64,000 bases of DNA from Mobula birostris (lineage: Eukaryota): contig NC_092375.1 of NCBI RefSeq assembly GCF_030028105.1, positions 43,933,130-43,997,129 on the forward strand. Direction: 5' to 3'. The translations under genes and the position numbers were made by a program. The first letter of the stretch is position 1. Every line of letters begins with the position of its first letter. Under the pieces are notes generated by a model. That model ran no database searches. It saw only the letters and a list, made by a program, of their open reading frames with translations, and had not been told where the DNA came from. Positions 37,400 through 48,179 of this stretch are shown piece after piece.

Positions 37400-38172
37400 C
37401 AATGGGTTCCATTAATTGGGGCACATCACGATCAGTACATTTTAGCCCAATTAACCTGCTGCCCCAATTAGCCGAGGTTTCATGGAAATCATTAAAAAGG
37501 TGTAAAAAACACAAACTGAGTAACAAATTATGTATTTAACTGAAATATGGAACAAATTGGAAGACTACCAATGCTACTACAGTACTATAAAACTCTGTAT
37601 TGGTTCTTAATAGTTATCAACAGAGGAATTCATTCAGTGTATGCAATGAACAAAATCAGTGCGGACACCTACTGCAGATGATGAACTGCCTTCATACAAT
37701 GTTTTTGCTGAATGGATACTCCAAATCTTCATTTGCATTGTAACATTCAAGATGACTGCCCATACCTTCAAATTCTCAGTAGTTCCTAACTTGTTGAAGT
37801 AATGAAATAATTTCATTTTTCACTCCCACCATTTCTTGCTTGACACCTCACTGATCAAAATAGTTCTGAATTGCCTGACTGCTTATTTCTTGACAACTAT
37901 CAGTGACAAAAATCACTGATTTTTGAACACAAACACACAAAACTGATGCTATTTAAAAACAGTTCACCCTTAAGCATGATGTAGCGTCTAACAACCACAC
38001 AAGTGCTAGTTAGAACCTGTTCAGCAAGTCTCCTGTCCTAATTAAGGGGCATGGTGTCACAAATAAACAAAGGGTACCTGGCTATTTTCTCAATTAGTTT
38101 TTGCTCTTAATAGTTGTCCTAAATAAACAGCTGCCCTAGTTAACTGAAAGCCCAATTAACTAGAATCCACTG
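37400..38172 (-). mobile_element. Tigger/pogo-like non-autonomous DNA transposon
   Basis: TA|CAATGGGTTCCATTAATTGGG ... CCCAATTAACTAGAATCCACTG|TA. Internal transposase remnant shared with 11480-11570. Confidence 0.8.
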
Positions 38173-38260
38173 TATAATTTTATAAGATGTACTGATATAC
38201 TTACTGCTTATTATGTTCATTTAACACTTTCAAAAGTAACAATTTTAGAAATAAACCTAC

Positions 38261-38530
38261 CTGAGAATATCACTCGAGTCTGCGTAGGCTTGACCATCCA
38301 TTGATGAGTCATGGAGCAGATATAGTGATTCATCTTATCAATTACTTTCAAATCATTTGTCACGTTGAAATATCCATCACTTTCCCTCAATTTTATTTCA
38401 TTATGCACTGCCAATGCATTCCCAAGCTGGTCCCTCCACGTAACTTCTGGAGCAGGGTACCACCCTGAAGACCGGCATGACAGCACATCTGAATCGGAAT
38501 CCCAGAAAACATGGATGCCATCTGTACTAG
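38261..38530 (-). CDS. B7/butyrophilin-family gene, IgC exon
   Basis: 270 bp, phase 1-1, acceptor ttttatcttggtAG, donor GTAGGT. LSCRSSGWYPAPEVTW..DGYFNVTNDL..YIC is the B7/BTN C-domain signature. Confidence 0.9.
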
Positions 38531-39262
38531 CTACCAAGATAAAAGTAACACAAATTACAGCTAGTCAACAAGAACACAAATCACACAGAAATGCTTCAAT
38601 ACAAAATGTTACAGTTTTTAGAAAAGCAATAACCCTCTGCAAAATTATATATTTAAGATATTCCCTATACTTTGCTGATAATCAAGATCTGTATATTCTG
38701 GAGAAAATAAATATCTATTGGAATGAGTTGAAAGTTACCCAAAATGTGCAACAAAATAAGACAATGGTCTGACTCCTTTCCATTGGCTTACTTTGTTTTC
38801 ATAAACACATTGTTCCGTGAGCATCGTAGGTACATAAAGTTTATAAATAAATAAGATGGCACTTTTTCTACATTGATTCCACATGCATTCTCAGGCAGAT
38901 TTTCTTGATAGAGGAATTAAGTTTAAATAAACTGGGCTGCAATTGAAAATAACCTGCACATCTTAGCTTCCTTCTTATAACAAATGAAGCAAAGACTGAG
39001 CAAGCACCTTCATTGGTGAATAATCCTCCAAACTCTTTTCTTCTGTGCTGTGCTGAAGTGATCCGATGCATTCAGCACACACAGGAAAATAATAATCTTG
39101 CCAAGTAAGTATGCAGATACCAGTTTAGAATAACATTAAGCTATACTTCATCCCTTGTAATAGTTTAAATGAATGAAATTGAGCTTTCAACATTCACCTG
39201 GGCCAACTTGGAAGATTCACTTGTCAGGTCCTACTGAAGAAACTGACCATGAGTTATCAGAA

Positions 39263-39460
39263 AACAACAGGAATTCTGCAGATGCTGGAAATTCAAGCAA
39301 CACACATCAAAGTTGCTGGTGAACGCAGCAGGCCAGGCAGCATCTCTAGGAAGACGTCAGGACGTCCTGACGAAGGGTCTCGGCCTGAAACGTCGACTGC
39401 ACCTCTTCCTAGAGATGCTGCCTGGCCTGCTGCGTTCACCAGCAACTTTGATGTGTGTTG
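39263..39460 (+). mobile_element. Young Penelope-derived ~200-bp insertion with a 58-bp perfect inverted repeat and a 15-bp TSD
   Basis: TSD CATGAGTTATCAGAA at 39248-39262 and 39461-39475. Arms 39297-39354 and 39404-39461 are exact reverse complements. Confidence 0.88.
39364..39397 (+). ncRNA. Minimal type-I hammerhead ribozyme motif
   Basis: GUC CUGACGA AGG GUCUCGG CCU GAAAC GUC GAC. Intact catalytic core, 3-bp helix II, helix I GUC/GAC, GUC cleavage triplet, ACGU palindrome in place of helix III. Confidence 0.65.
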
Positions 39461-40819
39461 CATGAGTTATCAGAAGAGTGTTCGATGTATTTGAGCCAGG
39501 ATCACTCACAAGATGTTCAAGGAACATTTCATCAATTTTTTTTTTAAGACTCCTCGTCAAGTAGCCATACTAAATAGCCAGTTCAAATAGAAATGGAAGT
39601 TATACAATATACAAATCAGTAATAGTCACTAGATGCAGTGCCAGGGAATAGTTGGTGCCATGTGGGTTCCAGTCAAACCAAACAGTGAATTCTGCAATCA
39701 CCATTCCTTCGGGACTAGAGACTAGCAATAGTTGTTCTATAAAAGGCTGTTATGTAATGGTGTTATAAATAAATTTAATAGCTACTGGGCAGAACTCCAT
39801 CTTTGTCGTCACTTCATATCTGATCTGGTACTGCTATAATATTAAATACTGCATTTTCACACCTTTAGCTAGAAGCCTTAGCTATTCGTATATTGTTTAA
39901 CAGTTTTGGTTTTCCATCCATTGCCATCAAACCAAAATATAGTTCTATTTTTACTCATAAAACTATTTCTAAGTGTGTTTTTCTTGTAGAAATGCTACTA
40001 ATGCCAAGGTATCAGGGAAGAGTCATAAGCTTTACAGAATTATGTGATTGTTCTTATACCGTTCAGTCTATGGGGAAATGTTTGTCACTTTATTACCTAA
40101 AGATGATAGGGTGTAATTTCTGCAAAGGTCTCTCCACTTTGCCCTCAGCTGCGGTAGAGAGCCTGGGATTTGGCATATTTACCATCATTGCCCATCAACT
40201 TAATTGAATGAAGAAATGAATGAAAATAACTGAAGACTAGTTTACAGATGGTAAAGACCTCAAGAGGAGGCAGAGAAGAATCATACACGTGCTATTTCAG
40301 AAGATGACCGTAGATGGTTCAGTATTGTCTTTGGTCTTCACAGTTGCCTTCTCATCAAGGATGGTGATATTCATGATGTATGATGTAAAACTACAAAGAC
40401 TTTCACTTATCTCAGAAACAGGCCATTCAGCCCCACTGGTCCATGCTGACCAATATGCTCCCTCCAAGCTAAACCAGTTTTGTCTTTGGTCCATAAACTT
40501 CTAAACCTTTCCAATCTGTGCACCTGTCCAACTGTTTCTGAAGAGATATAACTGTGTTCTATCAAGTGATAACTTAATACTGTCTGTAGCATATGACCTA
40601 GCCCACATTCCTATATTGTATTTTCACCTGATGGATGTTTCCTTTTGAGCTCTACCTAATAATATTCTGGGATGTCCATATACATCACTCACTGAACATA
40701 GGTTGGTCCTTAGGTTAAAATACAATGTTACTGATTCTGATGGAACATAATCCTAGCACTCTGAAAGCTGGCAGTGCTTACAACTGGGCAGATTTGAACT
40801 GTGGTAACACAAACAAGAG

Positions 40820-41035
40820 ACAATCTGCACATGCTGGAAATCCAAGCATCGCACACACAATGCTGGAGGAACTCAGCAGGCCAGGCAGCATCTATGGGAA
40901 AGAGAAAAAAAAGAGTACAGTTGACACTTTGGGCCCAGGACCTTCATCAGGATTGAAGGGTCTGGCCCCAAAACGTCGACTAGGTGCTGCCTGGCCTGCT
41001 GGGTTTCACCAGCATTTTGTGTGTGTTGCTTGAAC
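40820..41035. mobile_element. Penelope-derived inverted-repeat element with two decayed hammerhead cores tail-to-tail
   Basis: Inverted arms cacacaatgctgg..cagcaggccaggcagca and tgctgcctggcctgctg..ccagcattttgtgtg. Cores are mutated (CAAA for GAAA, or missing CUGA). Confidence 0.7.
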
Positions 41036-41816
41036 TGTACTAAGGCTGCCCAATTTAATGTTATAGAACTACGGAACATGCAACATAATTGTATCCTCAA
41101 TCTGAACACAGGGCTTTGTCACCAACAGCTTATAAACTGTATCAGCAACAAATAGACTGGTTAGAGGAAGGTCAGGTGGGTTGCTCACTTGACCTGCAAA
41201 AGATCTAGTAACTATGTCTGTCAGGACTTGATTAGCTCTGTCAGCTATGATGCCACTGCATCAGTCTAGATGATAAGACCCGTAAGATATAGGAGCAGAA
41301 ATAGGACATCAAGTCAGCTCCGCCATTCCATCATAGCACATCCATTTCCCAGTATCCCTTCATGCCCTGACTAATCTATCAACCTCTACCTTGACTATAC
41401 CCAATGATGGCATTGATAAACTCAGGAAAAATGTGTTTTACTGCTACAAGTGATGTTTTTTTTAATTGCCAGAGCCTAACAGCAGAGTGCTGCTACTTTT
41501 TCCAACACTGTGCAATTGAAAATTGATTTAACAAGGAGTAAATTGCATTTGGTACTATTTCCAGGAAAAACCACGCTGACCTTCAACTGATAATTCTGGC
41601 CAAGTCACCCTATTTCAAATTCAGAGACTTGGTTACAATGAGCTTTAATGCAACACAATGCTTTAATATTTTTAGGCTGCTGTCTTCTGTAAAAGGTAGT
41701 GTTAATCAGTAAAACATACCCTTTTATTTCTTGCCACTATTGTCATTACAATTTAAAAAAATGAAACTAAAGTGTATTTCACCCTCACTGAGAGCAGAGC
41801 AAGATATGTGGCATAC

Positions 41817-42158
41817 CCCAAACAGGCAGATGAACAACTGCTTTTCCATATCCACCATCAGTGCTAACAAACAACATGTAATCTCCTTCATCCCAAAGAT
41901 TAACATTCTTCAATGTAAGAAATGCTTTGCCGTTATTGATTGAATTTTCATCAACTTGAATTCTTTTTGAGTAGTTGGCATGCTGGTTGCTGAAATCACT
42001 TTTACTTTCTTTGTACTCATATAAAATTTCAGAGCCAGGATTCTTCTCCCATTTCACTGCTGGAGTACATTGGCCATTGCAATCAAATGAACACTCGAAG
42101 GTGACAGATCCTCCAATTTCTGCAGCTGGTTTCTGCTCACACTCAACTCTGAATGCAC
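41817..42158 (-). CDS. B7/butyrophilin-family gene, IgV exon (atypical, F-strand Cys replaced by Leu)
   Basis: 342 bp, phase 1-1, acceptor ttctatcctttattcAG, donor GTATGC. GAFRVECEQKP..GGSVTFEC..VKW..QHANYSKRI..NGKAFLTLKNVNLWDEGDYMLFV..HLPVW splices in frame to the IgC exon. Confidence 0.9.
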
Positions 42159-43399
42159 CTGAATAAAGGATAGAAATAATGTAGTTATAAACAAAACCTT
42201 CTCGAAAAAAAATTTCAAATGTTCACTTACGTTTCAGCTGACCAGCTTTTCTATTGTTAACACAGGTCTGAAAAAGGTATATTTTTCCACTTACAAATTG
42301 CTTTCAGAAAATTCCTTGCCTGATATTCATCTCACTTTAAGAACTTGGGCAATGGACGAGGATGATCTGCAGAATTTTCCAGTTTCTCCAATTTGATTGA
42401 TTCCATTTATCTTTAAAAAGTTAATTGTATCCATCCAACACCTTCTTGTCTAAATATTAGTCTGTACTTTGCTGGGTTTTAACATTACACTGTTGCACTC
42501 ACATTTATAATTTACAGGATGTTTTCTATGCTACAGAAGAACACTGCTCCCAGCAGATCTAACTTGCACAAAATCATCACTCTGCTTGAACAAAAGTTGG
42601 ATAAGAATTACTACAAAACCTCATGGCATGATTGGAGTCTGATCTGGAAATTCTAGGACTCTACTGACTTTGAGCCTATGTCTTTGTGCTGACAATTTAA
42701 AACTTCACCCAATCAGTTTGTCTGAAAAGGGACCACAAATCCACAGTTTCAATTCACTTGGCTGTCCACATCCTTTCGTTTCATTTCTGTCACAGGCTAT
42801 AATAAAAATCAAACAGGGCAATATTCTGTATTTTCAGTTTGTTAATAACATGGCTTTGCATTGTTGTTATATTTTGCAATTTGTTTTGAGTCATGGCCAG
42901 ATTTCTTGAGGTATAGTAACATTCCCTATGGGTTTGAGAGTTGGATTCAGAAAGGGTTGAAAAATATGCAGTCTAAGAACATAACCTGTTGTCCTATCAG
43001 GTTGGAATGACAATTGACCACTGTTAAAATCCTGATCACTGAATTTTTAGATATTTAGCAATAAAACTAATAATTGTCATGTTAAACTGCTAAGCTTAAC
43101 AACAAGGATCTCTACCACAGCCTCAATATAAATTGACCCAGTTGATTCCATAAGCTGACAATATGGAAAATAAACTGTTTAAGGTAATGTGGTATTATGA
43201 TTACAAACTTAACAGTCTATTAGGTAGAAATAAAAGCACAGATCTCTTAAAACTCCAACTGAAATTTTCACACATTAACAAAATTTGAATGCTTGCCCTG
43301 GGCCTTTCAATACCAGCTTTGGCAGAATTATGTTGTCACTTACTTATTTGCCTCTTTGGCAAAAATTAAAGGTCTTAGAAATGATCTTCAATATTACTG

Positions 43400-44480
43400 T
43401 ATGTGATGATTTTACATCCTCACTGGCCACAGGAGTAATGCCAGGAGATTGGAGTATGACAAATGTTATTCCTTTGTTCAAGGAGAAAGTCATAGGGATG
43501 ACCCTGGGAATTACAGAGCAGTGATTTTACATCAGTGATGGGCAAACTTTTGGAGAGGATTTATAAGCACTTGGAGAAACACAGCCTAATTAGAGATAAT
43601 TAGCATGGTTTTGTGAGGAACAGGTCATGCTATATGAGCTTGATTGACTTGTTTGAGTCAGCAACAAAGCTAATTGTTGAAGTTAGAGCAGTGGATGCAG
43701 TGTATATGGATTTTAGTACGGAATTCAACAAGATTTCCCATGGTAAGTTCATTCAAAAAGTCAGGAGCATGGGATTCAGGGAATCTTGGCTGCATGGATT
43801 TGGAATTGGCTTGTCCACAGAAGGCAGAAGATTGTACATAGAGTGTATCCTGCCTGTAGGTCTGTGACTAATGGTGTTCCACAGGGATCTGATCTGGGAC
43901 CTCTGCTCTTCAATATTTATAAAAATGACTTAGATGTGGAATTGGAACAGCATGTTAATAAGTTGGTGGTATTGTGCATGGTGTAGAAGGCTGTCACAGG
44001 TTACAATGGGAAATTGATACAATGCAAAGCTGGGCTGAGAAGAGGCGGATGAAGTTCAACTTTGGAAGACTGAACTTGAAAGCAAAGTATAAGGTTAATG
44101 GCAGGATTCTTGATCGTGTGGAGGAATAGATAGATCTTGTGATCCATATCCATAGATCCTTCAAAGTTGCCACACAAGTTGATAGGATAGCTGAGGAGGT
44201 CTATGATGTGTTGGCCTTTGTTAGTCAAGGGACTGAGTTTAAGAAGTGATTAGAGGAAAGTCTAAGGGTATGTCTGAGGTGGTTTTTAATTAAACACAAG
44301 AGAATTTTAAGTGCATGGAACGCACTGCCCGGTAGGAGCAGATACATTAGGTATATTTTAGATAGGCATATAGATAAAAGAAAAATGAAGGACAATGTGG
44401 GTGAGAAAGGACAGATTAATCTTGGAATAGGTTAAAACGTCAGCACATCATCATGGGCTAATGGGCCTGTACTGTTCTTT
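43400..44480 (+). mobile_element. Degenerate CR1 RT and 3' end
   Basis: AVDAVYMDFS..FNKISHG and GVPQGSDLGPLLFNIY fragments, with CR1 tail. Confidence 0.8.
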
Positions 44481-44584
44481 GTCCTGTGCTCCATGTTGAG
44501 GAAATATAGTCTTGAGTAGCAATGCAGCAATGTGAGGAGGCTACTGAAGCATCTAACATCAACCTCATCCAGAGAATAACTTAC

Positions 44585-44633
44585 CAACAGGAACAAGCAA
44601 CAAGGAACACACCACAGCTGAGATATACATCAT
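44585..44633 (-). CDS. B7-family gene, signal-peptide exon (MMYISAVVCSLLLVPV); exon starts at 44634
   Basis: Strong acceptor aatttcttttcAG|G ATG, 16 hydrophobic codons plus 1 nt, consensus donor GTAAGT, in frame with the IgV exon. The acceptor implies an upstream non-coding exon. Confidence 0.85.
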
Positions 44634-44789
44634 CCTGAAAAGAAATTAACAATTGGTTAGAAGAGAGTAAACTGAGCATTTAAAGCATCTACCAAATGGT
44701 CAGAGTAAAATAATAATGTTCAAGTGTAAAATTCTAATATTTGCTTCTGCACATTCATATACAAAAATTATTTAGATATAAGACTATCA

Positions 44790-45960
44790 GATGTATAGAA
44801 CATGGAACACAGAAAGGTACAATACAGGAATAAGCCCCTTGGTTCACGATGTCTATGCTGACCATAATACTCACCCAAACTAATCCCATCTACCTGCACA
44901 TGTTCTGCATCTCTCATTTCCTGCCTGTTCACGTGCCTACCTGAATGCCTCACAAATGTTATTGTATCTGCTTCCACCACTTTACTTGGCAGCATGTTCC
45001 AGGCATCTACCACTCTCTTGTGTAAAATATTTTCCTTGTAAATCTCCTTTAAGCTTTCCACCTTGCACCTTAAAGCTACGCCCTCTGTTATTTGTAACTT
45101 CAACCCTGGGTCAAGGATTTTCATTATCTATCTATACACGCCTTTCATAACCTTATAGATTTCTATCAGGTTGCCCCTCAGCCCTGATGCTCCAAAGAAA
45201 ACTATCAAAATTTGTTTAACCTCTCCTGTGGCCCAACCATAGTTTCAGACAACTGCAATATGACTTCCCAACTTTTATACTCAACACCCCAACAGATGAA
45301 GGCAAGTATCCCAGGTAACTTCTCTTCTACCCCATTTACTTTCAGGAAGCCATGAATTCGCACCCAAGATCCCTCTCAGACCATGTATATTTTTGTCCAC
45401 ATTATTATATATTACGGATTTGTTTCTAAGTTTGCAGAGGTCAACATGACATCAAAATAAAATGCAATGTAAATATTTCTGAAATATTTCTGACATGCCG
45501 CAAGAAAATATTCAAAAGATGGGGCAAAGGCATAAGAATGAACTCTGGGGGCAGTTGGCTCATCCATCTACAAGTTCTGCTCTATCTGCATAGACTGGAA
45601 TGAAGCTTGTATCCATTGGGCAAGTGTAGGGACTGCAACTCTTCAAACACTAACTCCTGGATCCTCACAGCTGTCCCAACTCAGAGGCATACTTTCTTAT
45701 CCCCTTGACTGATAAAGTATACAGTAATTAACTAAAGGAGTGTGCACTGTTACCAGGAATGCTCTCATTCTCAAGTGCACCATAGGATCAGAATCTCTGA
45801 TTCCAGCTCATCATCTCCAAACCAAAATTCGTGTAAACGCAGGCAGATGTAGTCTTAGTATACTACAGCTGCAACATGTCACCTCTTACATATATTCATT
45901 ACCCTAAATATTTTAAATCTATCGTCACTAGTAGCTTACCGAAAAAACCCAATGCAAATA
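44790..45960 (-). mobile_element. CR1 fragments (3' end 44790-45390; ORF1 esterase remnant ~45530-45960)
   Basis: KRVVDAWNMLPSKVVEADT and the CR1 tail on minus. Second piece resembles the reverse complement of 560-1000. Confidence 0.65.
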
Positions 45961-46282
45961 TACACAGTGCTTTTCATTAAGTTCAGAGATTTAAAGTCCA
46001 TAATATCTGTACTGTACCAATATATATACCCGGCTTCACTCAACTAACTCTAGCTGGTTACTCAGTCAGTTTGGAGACTTATTTGCCTTGCTTTATATTA
46101 CCATGATTTGAAACTAAAAAATTAAGAGAATTGAATTGTAAAATTCACTAAAACATTTTAAAATAAAGCAAAACTCATCTAACTCACGAAAAGATGTAAT
46201 AGATAAAGCAGTAATGAAATGTTATGGTTAAAATGATCTGCACTCCATACCCCACTCCCTTCACAACAACTTAAAATGCATA

Positions 46283-47912
46283 CAGGTGTCCGCTGCTTTT
46301 CGAACGTTCGCTTTACGAAACCTCGCTGTTACGAAAGACCTTTATCAGTTACCTGTTTTCGCTAACAGAAGGTGTTTTCACTGTTACGAAGAAAGGCAGC
46401 GCGCGCCCCGAACAGCAAAGCTCCTCTCCCGGAACTGCATTCTAGCCGGCTTTGCTTAAACACGTGCCTCTGAGCAGCCATTAGCAAGATGAGTTCTAAG
46501 GTATCGGAAAAGCCTAAAAGAGCTTGTAAGGGTGTTACACTTAGCGTAAAACTAGACATAATTAAGCGTTTCGATCGTGGTGAAAAAAGTAAGAACAAAG
46601 TGAGTTTGGCTTGTGGAAGTTGACGAAGATGATGATAAAGAGGTTTGGCATCCCATGAGCAAAAACAGATAGATGAAGAGCCGATGCAATTGGAAGAGGA
46701 AAGGAAAATAATCGAAACCACATGCAGTAGCGAATGGACCGAAAGTGAAGTTGTCCAGGAACTGAATGTGAGCAACCGCATGAGATTTTCGCCAAAATGA
46801 TTGCAGAATAGTACAACTTTAATTTTGAAAGGGTATGTCGGTTTAGGGCATATTTGCAGGACGGTTTTGAGTGCTTACAAAGAACTGTATGATAGTAAAA
46901 TGCATGAGGCTAAGCAGTCAAGCATGCCATCGTTTTTCAAGCCTTCCACATCAGCCACAGCAGACGATGAACCTCAAACTTCGACATCGAGGCAAGCAGA
47001 CATAGTAGAAGAGGACCTGCCTGCCCTGATGGAAACAGACAACGATGAGCTGTCAACCCAGTATCCCACCACCCCAACCACCAGGCCGTGGACCGATACA
47101 TTGCCGCAGGGAATGCAGCGGTAGCCGGGACGCACCCAGCACATCTTTAAGAAAAAGACCGAAATAAACAAGCTTTAGGTGCTGCCCGGCACGTAAGTGT
47201 CGGCCCAGATCAGAGGCCATTGTCAATTACGCTGCCTCTGATCTGGGCTGACATTTACGTGCCGGGCAGCACCTAATTAATTAGCTTGTTTATTTCGGCT
47301 TTTTTCTTAAAGATGTGCTGGTGCGTCCCAGCTACAGCTGCATTCTCTGCGGATCGGTATCAGTTCGCTGCCCGGAGGTTGGGGATCACTGCACCACCCC
47401 AACCTCCGACGACTCAGCCTAACACACAATCATCAGTGTGCTCGGCGCTGTCTTCTCGATTCCGGTAAGTGATACTGCACTGTACATACATTATTTCTAC
47501 TTTATATAGGCTGTGTATTTTTTAAGTGTTATTTGGTATGATTTGGCAGCTTCATAGCTTAAGGGTTACTGGAGAGAGTGTTTCTGCCAAGAGCGCTTGC
47601 ACCATGTTTCTGCCGAGAGCACTTGCATGAGATTTTCGCTATGGAGAACAGTGCGGCAATGATTGTAGAAAAGTATTTCTACCTTATATAGGCTGTGTAT
47701 CTACCATATCATTCCTGCTTTTACTATATGTTACTGTTATTTTAGGTTTCATGTGTTATTTGGCATGATTAGGTAGGTTATTTTCTGGGTCTGCAAACGC
47801 TCACAAATTTTTCCCATATAAATAAATGGTAATTGCTTCTTCACTTTACAACATTCCAGCTTATGAACCGTCTCATAGGAACACTCTACCTTTGGATGGC
47901 GGGGGAAACATG
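46283..47912 (+). mobile_element. Tigger/pogo DNA transposon, internally deleted
   Basis: TA|CAGGTGTCCGCTG ... GCGGGGGAAACATG|TA. ATG at 46489 begins MSSKVSEKPKRACKGVTLSVKLDIIKRFDRGE (CENP-B-type HTH start), followed by acidic C-terminal remnants. Confidence 0.85.
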
Positions 47913-47915
47913 TAC

Positions 47916-48150
47916 TGTTATGTTTTATAACTCTAAAACATAAAAACTAATTGAAACAAGGGAATCCAAAATAATGTACCTGAAGTGTATCTTTGTGTTT
48001 ACTTTAAGTGAAGCATGCACATATCACATGGTGGCATGATGACGTATACTAGTTACATACCTTTACATACAACTGGAAATAAATTACTTAAGCAAAGAAT
48101 GATTTATCAACATGTTACTCAAATATTACTGAAATATTAAATACTCAACA
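47916..48150 (-). mobile_element. Solo-LTR-like repeat (family of 5806-6049)
   Basis: Reverse-complement similarity to 5806-6049, with TGT/ACA ends. Confidence 0.55.
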
Positions 48151-48179
48151 CATACTTTATAACTTCTCCACCACTATTG

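Noticed and set aside
42231-42267. 37-nt exon with good splice sites just upstream of the B7-like IgV, as the leader
   Set aside because: It is not hydrophobic and has no ATG. Spliced after the real leader (44585-44633) it gives an immediate stop, so it is at most a cryptic or poison exon.
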